From Hypanus sabinus (taxonomy: Eukaryota): 64,000 bases of DNA. Made by a program: the position numbers and the translations under genes. Shown here one piece after another: positions 11,446 through 23,270 of the stretch (positions are counted from its first letter, which is position 1; each line of letters opens with the position of its first letter). The DNA is taken from contig NC_082718.1 of NCBI RefSeq assembly GCF_030144855.1, positions 110,670,001 through 110,734,000 of the forward strand. The letters run 5' to 3'. The notes below the pieces were generated by a model, which saw only the letters and a program-made list of their open reading frames with translations, made no database searches and was not told where the DNA came from.

Positions 11446-13029
11446 ATAGAAAGATGCATTTTTAGAGAGTCTGAATTACTGAAATGTTAGTCAGCTACTG
11501 CTCTGACCAATACACTCTGCATTTTTATTACATTCATTTATTTAAATGATATTTTGAATGGTGTGTTGTGTGCTTTTTGTTCAAAATATATTTAAACAAA
11601 TAAAATAAAAGTATCTTGTCCCAAAATGTAAACTGTTTATTCATTTCCATTGATGCCACCTGACTTGCTGAGCTCCTCCGGCTTTCTTGCCTCTGTTCCT
11701 CTGTGTTCCAGCATCTGCAGAACTTCTTGTGGTTGTAAAAATTAGTTTTATTTTGTTGTTAAGGTAACTGGGAGGATAGCCTTGTGAGCCACAAACTAGA
11801 TGGTTTGAATGCCCTGAAGCTGTTAGGTTCCATATAATTATACAAATGTATTCCACAGGAGAATCTCCAGGTCCAGTGAGGTCCAGTGAGGTACAGATTA
11901 TGGAAAGACTTACTTGCCGCAGCATCACGGGCATACAGGTTCAGACAACATTCAGAAAATTATTATACACAAGTTGTACCAAGACAGCAAAAAGAAAGAG
12001 ACGGTGTGCATAACAAGACATTAGAGTCACAGAGGCATAGTTATACAGAATAGAAACTGTCTCTTTGACCCAACTGGTCCATGCTGACAAAAATGCCCCA
12101 TCCATGTTAGTCTTATTCATCAGCATTTGGCCAATAACATTCTAAGCTTTTGTTATCCACGTACCTGTCCATCTGTCTTTTAAATGTTATTATGATATCT
12201 GCCTCAACCCTCAGGTTTACCCTGCAAACATCTGGCTGTTGAACTAACGTGGATATACTTACTCACTTCAATGCTGAACTGATTCCATAACCTACAGACT
12301 CACTTTCAAGGACTCCACAACTCATGTTCTCAGTATAATTTATTTATTTTATTTTAGTTATTTGCATGATTTGTCTTCTGCAATGGTTGTTTGTCAGTCT
12401 TTGTTACTTCTAGGTTTTTTTTTTCATAAATGCTATTGTATTTCTTTATTTTCCTATAAATGCCTTCAGTGAAACGAATCTCAAGGTAGTGTATGATGAC
12501 ATATAAATACTTTGGTAATAAGCTTACTTTGAAGTTTTTAAACCATTTCTTCTCACAGGTAGCACCCTTTGTGTAAAAAGCTTGTACCTCTGGTTCCTAT
12601 TAAATCTTTCCCTCTTATTGAAACTTCCAGCTTCTGATTCCCCAACCTTGGGGAAAAGACAGGGTGAATGCACCCTGTCTATATACGCTAAAGATTTTAT
12701 ACCCCTCTGTAAGTTCAGTCCTCTGTCTCCTACACCCTAAGGTATAGAATCCTAGCCTATCTGATCTCTTCCTATAACCCAGTCCCTCAAGATTTGCTAG
12801 AATCTTGAACAGTGACTATAAAGAGTATTCACTACCACACCCCCCCCCACCCCCCCAAACTTGGAAGTTTTCATGCTTTATTGTTTTACAATTTGGCTTT
12901 TTGACACCGATCAACAGAAAACATTCTTTCGTGTCAAAGTGAAAACAAATTTCTACAAATTGGTCTAAATTTATTACAATGATTAAATACAAAATATTTG
13001 ATTGTGTAATTACTCACCCCTTTCAAGTC

Positions 13030-14035
13030 ATTATTTAGTAGTTGCACCTTTAGCAGCAATTACAGCCTTGAGTCTGTGTGGATAGGTCTCTATCAGCTTT
13101 GCACATCTGGAAACTACAATTTTTTCCCCATTCTTCTTTACAAAACTGCTCAAGCTCAGTCAGATTGCATAAGGATCATGAGTGAACAGTCCTTCTCAAG
13201 ATCAGCCACAAATTCTCAATTGGATTGAGGTCTGGACTTGAGCTCTGACTTGTCCAGTGCAGGACATTAACTTTGTTGTTCTTGAGCCATTCCAGTGTAG
13301 CTTTGGCTTTATGTTTGCGATCATCAACTTACTGGTAAAACAAATCTTCTCCCAAGTTGCAATTCTCTCACTGATGCATTAGGTTTTCCTCCAGGATTTC
13401 CCTGTATTTATCTGCATTCATTTTACCCCTTACCTTCACAAGCCTTCCAGGGCCTGCTGCAGTGAAGCATCCCCACAGCATGATGTAACCACCACCATGC
13501 TTCATGGTAGAGATGGTGAGCGATGTTTAGCTTACATCAAACATAGTGCTTAGTCTGACAGCCAAAAATTTTGGTTTCATCAGACCATGGAACTTTCTTC
13601 CAGCTAACCTTGGAGTCTCCCACATATCTTCTGGCAAATAGTAGTGGAGATTTCATATGTTTTTTTTCAATAGTGGCTTTCCCTTTGCTAGTCTCCCATA
13701 AAGCTGCGGCTGGTGAAATATTTGGGCAACAGTTGTATGCACGTTCTCTCCCATCTCAGCCACTAAAGCTTGTAACTCCTCCAGAGTTGTCATGGGCCTC
13801 TTGGTAGCCTCCCTCACTAGTCCTCTTCTTGCATAGTCACTTAGTTTTTGAGGACAGCCTGCTCTAGGGAGATTCACAGCTGTGTCATATTCTTTCAATT
13901 TCTTGATGATTGTCTTAACTGTATTCCAAGGGATATTTAGTGACTTGGAATTTTTCTTATATCTATCTCCTGACTTGTGCTTTTCAATAATCTGTTTGTG
14001 GAGTTGCTTGGAGTGTTCTTTTGTCTTTATGGTGT
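13030..14035 (-). pseudogene. Tc1 transposase pseudogene
   Basis: ORF 13653..14114 contains KTKEHSKQLHKQIIEKHKSGDRYKKNSKSLNIPWNTVKTIIKK...LPRAGCPQKLSD..RRGLVREATKRPMTTLEELQ (paired-like HTH). Downstream WSDETK, KHGGGYIMLWGCF and [11 protein letters not shown] motifs occur with frameshifts. Confidence 0.88.
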
Positions 14036-14168
14036 AGTTTTTGCCAGGATACAGACTCCAAGTAGTTGGACCTTCCAGATACAGGTGTGTTTTTACTATA
14101 ATGAAATGAAACACCTTGAATGCACACAGGTGATCCCCATTTAACTAACTACATGACCTCTAAAACTG

Positions 14169-14706
14169 TAAAGTGCTCCCAGTGGCATGCATCTCTAACA
14201 GCCTTGGACAACCAAATCCAATTCTTAGCCTTCATGTGTGGCTTAGCTACAAGACCCGGTAGAACATTTCTACTGATAAGAGAACGGGCATAGGTGAACC
14301 AGTGGTGCCTCAAAACTGGTTGCTTTGGGCAGATGAGGCTTGTCAGCCTTGGATGGCAGCCTGCCTAGGAGAAGGAAAACTGATTTTAAATCACCGCTGC
14401 CTTGCGACCACAGCCACCCATGAGAAAGGCTTCGGGAGTAATCCCCTGAGAAAGAAGTCCAGAGCCGGGGACTCTAAGGCAGTTTGATGTTGTTTACAAC
14501 TTCACTCTAGCAACGACACTGGAGCCAAGCTGTATCGGCGCTTTCCCTTCCCTTGGACTACATCAGTGACATGGAGAGGGGGAACCCACTGCATAAGCAA
14601 CAGCCGGTTTTTCAAATCTTCCCGCCTAGGCTTGCGCCCTGGAGAGGACACAGTCCACCAGAGGCGCAAACCCATCATCCCCTGGGATTGATGGCTGCCT
14701 ACTATT
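14169..14706 (+). mobile_element. Non-autonomous RTE-type element (5' UTR fused to 3' tail) inserted in the Tc1
   Basis: ggcagcctgcctaggagaaggaaaactg...gctgccttgcg...gaaaggcttcgggagtaa resembles RTE 5' UTRs. Ends cagaggcgcaaacccatcatcccctgggattgatggctgcctacta, an RTE-like stem-loop tail. No ORF. Confidence 0.6.
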
Positions 14707-15149
14707 AAGGGAGTGAATACTTATACAATCAATTATTTTGTCTTTTATATTTGTAATTAATTTAGATCTCTGTACAGATCTGTTTTCACTTTGACACGAG
14801 TTTTTTTTTCTGTTAATCAGTGTCAAAAAAGCCAAATGAAGTCCACTGTGATTTGATGTGGTAAGACTATAAAACATTAAAACTTCCACTGTGGGGTGAA
14901 CACTACCTTTAGGCACTGTAAATCTTTCCTGCACCCTTTTCAGTTTAATAATATTGAAACATTAGTGCAAAAACAAAAGAGGTGTGAGAAACAGAAATGT
15001 TTGTATAGTTGAAAAGCAGAGGATGATTCCTTATGTTTTTAAATTCCTGCCTGTAATATATTTATTAATTGGACAGATGGAAGATCCAGGGGTGGAGATG
15101 TTTAAGATAATTAAATGAGCTATTAGACTATGCTGGTTGGAGAGCAGTT

Positions 15150-15420
15150 AGATTTCTGGACTGGTAACAGAGAGACTTGTACTAACAATCCAGAGACTTG
15201 AGTCGAAACCCACAGTGACAGCTATGGAATTTAAATTCAGTTATCCTTCTGGAACTTTTCCTTGTAAGCTATCATTAGTAATGATGGCTGCAAAAGTAAC
15301 AGTTTGTTGTAAAAACTCAGCTGACTCACTAATGTCCTTCAAGAAAGAAAATTTGTAATCCTTGCCCAGTCTGGCCTGCAATTAACTCCACATCCAATAA
15401 TGCAGTTGATTATTAAATGG
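15150..15420 (+). mobile_element. Old tRNA-derived chondrichthyan-type SINE
   Basis: gagtcgaaaccc B-box-like motif; ggaatttaaattcag; ttgttgtaaaaac...ctcactaatgtcctt. A related copy lies at 60060-60365 (-). Confidence 0.55.
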
Positions 15421-15423
15421 AGA

Positions 15424-15555
15424 GTAACACACACACAATGCTGAAGGAACTCAGTAGGTCAGGCAGCATCTATGAAGAGGAATAATCAGTTGACATTTCA
15501 GGCTGAGACTTTTCATCAGGACAGTTGAAGGATCTTGGCCTGAAATGTCGATTGT
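15424..15555. mobile_element. PLE terminal fragment in fold-back arrangement (two decayed hammerheads back to back)
   Basis: gttgacatttcaggctgagacttttcatcagg (-) followed by gaaggatcttggcctgaaatgtcgattg (+). Confidence 0.7.
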
Positions 15556-15719
15556 TAACAAACTTGGAATTATGACATTCAGACCCAACAAAATTGATAT
15601 AGGGCCAAGCACATCAGTGACTTGAGCAGAAAATGCCAGGTTGACACTGTTCAGCACAGAGAAAAATACAATGACAAGCATTTTCTGTTGTCTAAATCAA
15701 TGTTCTCTCATTTAAAAAA

Positions 15720-15882
15720 GGATCTAGAGCTTTCCCAGCGTATATGACAAATAAACTCTACTCGGGCTTCCAGCCGGGACCAAGTATTGATTTTAACCAA
15801 TGTTTCGATGACAAATTCCACCATCAGTGCGTCATTTAAAATGGATGCCTGTATCTGGCTGGAAGTCCCAGAAGAGTTTATT
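15720..15882. mobile_element. Inverted pair of termini of a second PLE-like family
   Basis: aataaactctactcgggcttccagccggg ... tctggctggaagtcccagaagagtttatt. Minus strand carries ctgatggtggaatttgtcatcgaaacattgg, a broken hammerhead-like motif. Confidence 0.55.
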
Positions 15883-16070
15883 CTCTCCTGTGTCCTGACC
15901 AATATTCATCCTTCAATCCATATCAACAAAACAGGTTACCTGTTAATTGTCTTGTGTGCTCCATTTCTAATGTTACAATGGTCATTGCAGATGAAATACA
16001 ATATGAAAAATATCTAGCTGTATATTTTAATATACAAATCACAATCAGGATGCGTTTAAGACAGTGTGTG
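15883..16070 (+). mobile_element. Ancient Deu-domain SINE remnant
   Basis: tgtcctgaccaatattcatccttcaatccatatcaacaaaacaggtta resembles the Deu core (tgtcctggccaatatttatccctcaaccaacatc). Confidence 0.55.
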
Positions 16071-16284
16071 ATGGGTAATGTCAATGGGTAAAGTCCTTGT
16101 TACACATTTGTCTCTGGAACATCCTGACATGTGAAAGGTGATAGATGCTTCTTTTCTTTTATTGCATCTGCTTTCTTATCTCCACACATGACAGAACAAT
16201 CAATACCTCTGCCTCAAGCCTGTCTCATGACCTCTGCACCATCTGCCTTCCCAACTTCTCAAGCTTGGAGTCACCTTACTTCTG

Positions 16285-16620
16285 TCCTAGAGTCCTATAG
16301 CAGGGAAATTGGCCCCATGGCTTAATGAGTCTGTGATGACCATCAAGTCCTACAACAATCTAACTTTTATTCTCCCCATATTAATTCCCCTCACCAGATT
16401 CCTCCCCCTCCATACACACACATTCAGGGAAACTTACAGTGGCCAATTAATCTACTGACCTGCATGGTTTTAGAATGTGGGAGGAAAATGGAACATCTAG
16501 TAGGAAACCCATGCAGTCCCCAGGAAGAATGTGAAAACGCCACATGGATAGCTCCCAAGTTCAGGAACAAACCCTATGTATTGGGGCATAGAGGAAGTAT
16601 CTCTACAAACTGCACAACAC
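16285..16620 (-). mobile_element. V-SINE
   Basis: gaatgtgggaggaaaatggaacatctagtaggaaacccatgcagtcc is the reverse complement of the V-domain. Confidence 0.7.
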
Positions 16621-16714
16621 ACCTTTGCATTATCTGATCTGGCATTGTCTGGTTCTTGTATTGTCTCATGCTTTTTAACCTTGGTCCTGAACTCCATTAT
16701 TCAATAGAAACATG

Positions 16715-17093
16715 CACTCAGTAGCCATGTTGTTAGGTACCTCCTGTATCTAATAAAGTAGCCACAGAGTGTATATTTTTGGTGTTCTGCTGCTGCAGTC
16801 CATCTACTTCAAGGTTCAACATGATCTGCACACAGCAGTTGTAATGCACTGTGATTTGAACTACTGTCACTCTCCTGTCAGATTGAACCATTCTGGCCAT
16901 TTTCCTCCGAAGTCTCTCATCTACAAAGCATTTTCACCCACACTTAGATCACGTCTTCCCTATTCTGATGTTTGCCCTGAGACTTTTGATAGTGCCTGCA
17001 TATTTTCTTTTGCATTGAGTTGCTGCCACATGATCAGCTGATTATTTATTTGCATTAACGAGCAGGTGTACCTAATAAAGTGGTCACTGACTG
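16715..17093. mobile_element. Tc1/mariner-type MITE with three TIR copies
   Basis: cactcagtagccatgttgttaggtac...; internal inverted copy ending 16771; terminal gtacctaataaagtggtcactgactg followed by TA. Confidence 0.75.
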
Positions 17094-17584
17094 TATATCC
17101 TATAATGATGTAAAAAGTCTAACTGATAACCTGAATTTGGACCAGGGTGAAGATCATTAATCATGAAGTGGCACATAGTGATGTTGCTTGGCCCAGTGAC
17201 TCAGCCTTCACTTTATTGTTCCCTAGTGTGAACACATTGTCCCATGATGTAAAGCTGTGACAAATGATAAGAACTGATTTAATTTAGATACAAGACTGAG
17301 AAGTGGCTTTAAGGGGAAGATTCTGTGAAGATGTTTTATCCCCTGAGTGGGTGAATCTAAAACCAAGGGAAATGTCTCAAGATAAGGGGATAATAGATGT
17401 AAGACAATGAGCAGCAATTTCTTTTCAGAGGTTGTGAATCTTTGGTATTCCCCACCCCAGGGAACCATGATTTTGGATTCATTAAATATGTTCAAGGTTG
17501 TTGTTTTTTTGGACTACAGGATGGCCAAAGGTTATTAAAAATAGGGGAAAATGGAAATAAAATTTTGGTCAACTCATAAACTGA

Positions 17585-18047
17585 AATTTACATGGATGTT
17601 GCCTGGATTGGGGAGCATGCCTTATGAGAATAGGTTGAGTGAACTCGGCCTTTTCTCCTTGGAGCGAAGGAGGATGAGAGGTGACCTGACAGAGGTGTAC
17701 AAGATGATGAGAGGCATTGATTGTGTGGATGGTCAGAGGCTTTTTCAAAGGGCTGAAATGGTTGCCACAAGAGGACACAGGTTTAAGTTGCTGGGAAGAA
17801 GGTACAGAGGAGATGTCAGGGGTAAGTTTTTTACTCAGAGAGTAATGAGTGCGTGGAATGGGCTGCTGGCAATGATGGAGGAGGCGGATACAATAGGGTC
17901 TTTTAAGAGGCTTTTAGATAGGTACATGGAGCTTAGTAAAATAGAGGGCTATAGGTAAGCCTAGTCATTTCTAAGGTAGGGATATGTTCAGCACAACTTT
18001 GTGGGCTGAAGGGCCTGTATTGTGCCTTAGGTTTTCTATGCTTCTAT
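17585..18047 (+). mobile_element. CR1 3' fragment
   Basis: ORF 17551..17958 (MLPGLGSMPYENRLSELGLFSLERRRMRGDL...FFTQRV) plus 3' UTR and tail. Confidence 0.95.
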
Positions 18048-18049
18048 GT

Positions 18050-19000
18050 AAAGTTGATTTTATTGTCATATATACAAGTACATGTATGCACAGATGCGAT
18101 GGAAAACCTATTGCAGAAACATCACAGGCACATGGCATTAAAGATAAAACATTCTCAACAAAAACATAGATTAACATGAAATGTACAAAAAAGAACTTAA
18201 TCAGAACAAAAGAAAAGTCTATTTTAGTGCAAAGTGATCAAAATGGTCAAGGTGTTGTTAAACTGTAGTGATTAGTGTTGTGCCAATTGATTCAAGGACT
18301 GAATGGTTGAAGTGAAGAAGCTGTACCTGAACCTGATGGTATGAAACATCAGACTTCCGTACCATCTGCTTGATGGTATGGAACATCAGACTTCTGTACC
18401 TCCTGCCTGATGGTATGGAACATCAGACTTCCGTACCTGAACCTGATGGTAGGAAACATCAGACTTCCGTACCTGAACCTGATGATATGAAACATCAGAC
18501 TTCCGTACCATCTGCTTGATGGTATGGAACATCAGACTTCTGTACCACCTGCTTGATGGTATGGAACATCAGACTTCTGTACCTCCTGCCTGATGGTATG
18601 GAACATCAGACTTCCGTACCTGAACCTGATGGTATGGAACATTAGACTTCTGTACCTCCTGCCTGATGGTATGGAACGTCAGACTTCCATACCTGAACCT
18701 GATGATATGGAACATCAGACTTCCGTACCCGAACCAGATTGTATGGACCATTAGACTTCCGTACCTCCTTGGTATGGAACATCAGATCAGACTGTTGTAC
18801 CTCCTGCTTGATGGAATATGGAATATCAGACATCAGTACCTAAAGCTGATGCTATGGAATATCAGATTTCCGTACCTCCTGCTTGATGGTATGGAATATC
18901 AGACATCTGTACCTAAAGCTGATGGTATGGAACATCAGACTTCTGTACCTCCTGTCAGATGGTAGTTTTGAGAAGATGATCGGGATCTTTGATGAATTTT
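18050..19000 (-). mobile_element. Rex1-type 3' end containing an expanded minisatellite
   Basis: Minus-strand LPSDRRYRSL..HTI.FR motif of the Rex1 C-terminus, followed by 3' UTR ending gacaataaaatcaacttt. Confidence 0.7.
18321..18965. repeat. 36-38 bp minisatellite, ~17 units
   Basis: Units acctgaacctgatggtatggaacatcagacttccgt and acctcctgcctgatggtatggaacatcagacttctgt, with variants. Confidence 0.95.
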
Positions 19001-20566
19001 TCCTTCTCAAAATGCATGTGGACGGGTACTTAGACAGGAAAGGCATAGAGGGTTATGGGCTTTTTATAGGCAAATAGGATTGGTGTAAGCAGAAACCAGG
19101 GTTGTAATGCAAAACGGCCTTTTTCTGTGCTGTTTGAATCTATGATCCTCACTGATTTTAGAAATAACTCTATTGAATAGTGAGCAGGCTCGAGGAGCTG
19201 TATGGCCTATTCTTTCTATACTTCTCCAGATTTATTTTTGATGATGGACTTCCCACTCCTCTGGCAAGATTTCACTCTTCAAGTATTTATAGAATTCCAT
19301 TTCCATGGCTTCCATTGAGCTTCTATCAGCTACTGCATTCCAAATGCTAACCACATGTCGTGTAACAATACTTTTCCTTGTGTCCCCTCCTGTCCTTTTT
19401 GCCAATTACTTTAAATCCCCTGACTATTGAAATTCCATCCACTGGAAACAGTTTCTTTTCTAATATTTAAACACTGCAGATGTTCGCTTTGTCTTTACAC
19501 TTAACTTCACCACTGCAAGATTAATAACCCAGGATTGGAAATGAATTAGGTATCAGTTGACAAGCTGGCAGACCCACAATATAAAGTCTCCGTAATTCCC
19601 TGTTCTCAGGTATTAACAAGGATCACCATGAAGGCAGTTAATTTGTCAGAGTGCACACTGGTGGGCTGTGTACTAAATTTCAGCCTCCACAAGCAATCAA
19701 CGCAGCCATAGATCACACTGTTCAGTCTCACACAGGCACAAGTTCCTTTAAACATATTCCGAAGTTTCATTACTGATGCTATGTTCAGTGTAGTGTCCTG
19801 ACCTAATCTTTTTCTCATTGTTCAAGTCCCTGAAAATCTCTGCTAAATGGATTATCACAAGGTGGATGAATGTCAATGCTTGAGATTTCAAATCCCACAG
19901 GTCTTCCGTTTCCCATGGATAGTCTGCTACAAGAAGATACTCAGGATTAATGCCCTTAAACCAACTCTATTAAGTTGCCTTAACATGTCATATCATGACT
20001 TTCAGTTGCAGCAGTCATTGTGATGTGTGCTTACCCTGGATGTGCATTTCTATGTAAGGCCGATAAATGTAAGTTTGGTCGGAGTTTGCATTAAAGGCTT
20101 TATGTGCTTTTATGCTTTTGTATTATAATAATTATTAAAATATTTTAATAATTTCATTGATATTTAATAGGTTTTAGATGTCAGAGAGATTGAATATTAT
20201 TGATATACTTGACAGCTGGCTAAGCATCTGAGTGACTGCCAAATATTTTCTGATTGTTTCTTGATCTAGCCAAGCAGGCTGAAGTTGGCCGTGGAGACCC
20301 ATCTCATTACGACAGATCCTCAAAAGATATGACTGTATTTCCCTTTGTGTTTGCTGGCAAGTAGAGGTGGCTCAGCCCCATCATTGTGTTGCAATCACTC
20401 AATGATTAATCCAGTAATTAATAGTACAGGGACTCTTCAGGTTATGAAAAACCTGATTTACCAAAACCAACTATGCAAATTCTTCCAGAGATTTTAAAAG
20501 AAATTTTCAAGGTAGTAATAATAATCATATGATAATTGGTATATTTCAACAATTGAACATAATATA

Positions 20567-20623
20567 CACTCAGTGGCCTCTTTATTGGGTACCTCCTGTA
20601 CCTAATAAAGTGGCCACAGGGTG
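20567..20623. mobile_element. 57-bp TIR-only Tc1-type MITE flanked by TA
   Basis: ta|cactcagtggcctctttattgggtacctcctgtacctaataaagtggccacagggtg|ta. Confidence 0.75.
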
Positions 20624-21244
20624 TATTTTTCAAATTAGTAACTGTGAATGCTTGTATTTTTAGACATATCGATCGCATTTATTAAAAGAAATACCCACCA
20701 ATTTTTTTGTTGTCTACAGGAGTTAAAAACACTCGGTGGCACACTGTTTAGAAACATTCAGTAATGTGAACTCTCCCTACATAGCATCTACCATCAGGGA
20801 ACCGCCACTATCCAGGTCATGATCTTTTCCTGTTGCTGCCATTAGGCAGGAGGTAGAGGCATCTGAAGACTCACACCTCAAGGTTCAACAACAGCTTCTT
20901 CCCCACTGTCATTTGGTTCTTGAATCTACCTCAAAAGCTCTAATTCTACCTTGGACTATATTTCTCTCAATTTACACATGTTGTTGTGAAGATTTTTGTT
21001 TTATTTTGCAAATTTCTGCTGAACACTGATAAATACATATGTTTATGATACATCTTAATAATTATTCTTCACTTCACTTCAAGGTTCAAGGGTTAGTCAA
21101 ACTGATTTTCTCAACCCTTGTTAAAAAGGTCTAAAACAGAAGAATGTTTTAGCACAGAGAGTTTACCACTGGATTTGATCATAAATGGCCAATATCAAAT
21201 TGTTGTCTTATGTCAGATTGGTACAGGGTCTAGGGAAGATTATG

Positions 21245-21785
21245 GAACGTAGAATATAGCATAGAACATATAACATAGAACATTACTGTATAGTATAAGC
21301 TTTTGTGCTGACCTTTTAACCTACTTTAAGATCAATCTACCCTCCCACATAGACCTCCATTTTTCTATCATCCACGAGTTTTTTTTAAATGCTTCTGATG
21401 TAACTGTGCCTACCAGCCCTGGCAGTGTGTTCCATGCACCCACCACTCTCTGTATTTTTTTAAAAAATCTCTCATATAAAATTATGCCTCCTTGTATGGC
21501 CATTTCTACTCAGGGGAGGTGGTGGGGGGGGGTTCTTTGGCTCTCCATTCAGTCTATGCCTCATATCACCCTGTTACCCTCTATCAAATCACTTCTCATT
21601 CTTTCATTCCAAAGAGAAATTCCTGAGCTTGTTCAACCTTACCTCAGAAAACATGCTCTCTACCCCAAACAGCATCCTGGTAAATCTCCTCTTCACCCTC
21701 TCTAAAGTCTCTACATCCTTCCTATAATGACTGAACACAATACTCCAATATACCAGGGCTTTATAGAGCTACAACATTACCTTGT
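21245..21785 (-). mobile_element. CR1 3' fragment
   Basis: (catagaa)n tail; ORF fragment QRVVGAWNTLPG. Confidence 0.85.
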
Positions 21786-23270
21786 GGAAACAATTTTAAT
21801 CAGAAGTAATTTTAACCCATTCAGCTTGTTTCCTTGTGAACTTTGCACTTTGATAATAAATATATTTTGAACATCGAACTTTGATTGTTTTATCTCCACA
21901 AGGCTTCAGCCCAACATTACCTTCAAAAGACGTCAGTTCCTTCCTCACCAACAGTGCAGTTTTACTCAGATATATTGCCATCAAGTCTCTAAATCAAGAC
22001 AACCTTGTGGCCAAGGATGTTTACTCAGCTGGCCACAGGTTCAATCCTGAGGGATTCCCTCTCCGTTGGGCAACAGGGACTGAATGAATAGGAAGCACTC
22101 CAGGATGTGAATCAGAACTGAACAATTAATCGTGAGTAAATCAATGTGAGAACAGCAATATCAAACTTGAACTAAGCCATTTTAGTTGCTTGGAGAGAAG
22201 AAAATCCATTCACTGCAATGAAAATACAAGCATAGGTGAATTAAAGCAACACATACAAAATGCTGGAGGAACTCAGCAGGCCAGGCAGCATCTATGGAGA
22301 AAAGTATAGTTGACATTTCAGGCCGAGATGAATTAAAAGCTTTCCTTATCCTGTTTAAGAACAGAGTTGTTAACCTATCACTCACCAACAACCACTGAGG
22401 GGTGCCTTGGCACTGACAGCACCAAGGAGATGCCAATCACATTAATAAGTAACCTTCAAAAGTGATGAACCTCGTTCTTATTTTTGGAAGGGAAATGTTA
22501 TGGCTGGAGGGAAGAGTCACATTGCCCAGAGGTTGCATTGTGGACAACTTTAACTGCATGACCTGCTTGTCTGGTGAGCAAAATACAAAAGTCTTATTGC
22601 CACTAAAGCATGATTCTGAAGGGAAATAAAGAGGAGGGAGTATACACTGATTTATTTGACACTATAGTTTTGTAGAACAATAAGGTTGTTGTGGTAACCC
22701 CTATCGCCTCTACAGTTGGGGTAGAAGTTTGGGGGTTGGTCTTCTTCTTCCACTGCTTATGCAGGGCTCCTGTGTTCTCCTGTAGCTTTGAGATATTCAA
22801 CATTATTCTGAATTCTCCCTCTCCATTGTGAGCAGTCATGGCCAGGAGCCAGAGAGGATTTGGAACACATCCTTGAATCTTTTCCTCTCTCCACCAGATA
22901 TATTCTTCCCACGAAAGATTTGAAATAGAATGTTTTGTGTTTCAGACATGCAAAAACTTGTTTTACTCTTTCAACCTTATTTACATCTTTCCTGTAGGTA
23001 GATGACCAAAAGTGCACACGCCTCACCAATGTCTTCTACAACTTCAACATAATATCCCATCTCCTGTATTCAGTACTTTGATTTATAAAGGCCAATGTGT
23101 CAAAAGCTTTCTTTATGATGCTTTCAACCTATAATGCCACTTTCAATGAATTGTGTACCTGTATTCCCAGATCCCTTTGTTCCACCACACTCCTCAGTGC
23201 CCTACCATTCACTGTGTAAGACCTACCCTGGTTGGTCCTACCGAAGTGCAGCATCTCAGTAGTCTGCATT

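Larger units (their letters stand above)
12810..14918 (-). mobile_element. Tc1-like DNA transposon with ~210-bp TIRs, defective
   Basis: TIRs cagtgactataaagagtattcac... / ...gtgaacactacctttaggcactg followed by TA. Transposase remnants on the minus strand. Confidence 0.92.
12030..14955 (-). mobile_element. Old CR1 3' fragment split by a Rex1-type tail (~12210-12540) and a Tc1 element
   Basis: CR1 sequence ...gaatcttg before 12810 resumes as taaatctttcctgcacccttt after 14918. Confidence 0.65.

Noticed and set aside
18321-18965. CRISPR-like ~36-37 bp periodicity
   Set aside because: Units are contiguous with no unique spacers, there are no cas genes, and the context is eukaryotic LINE-derived sequence.
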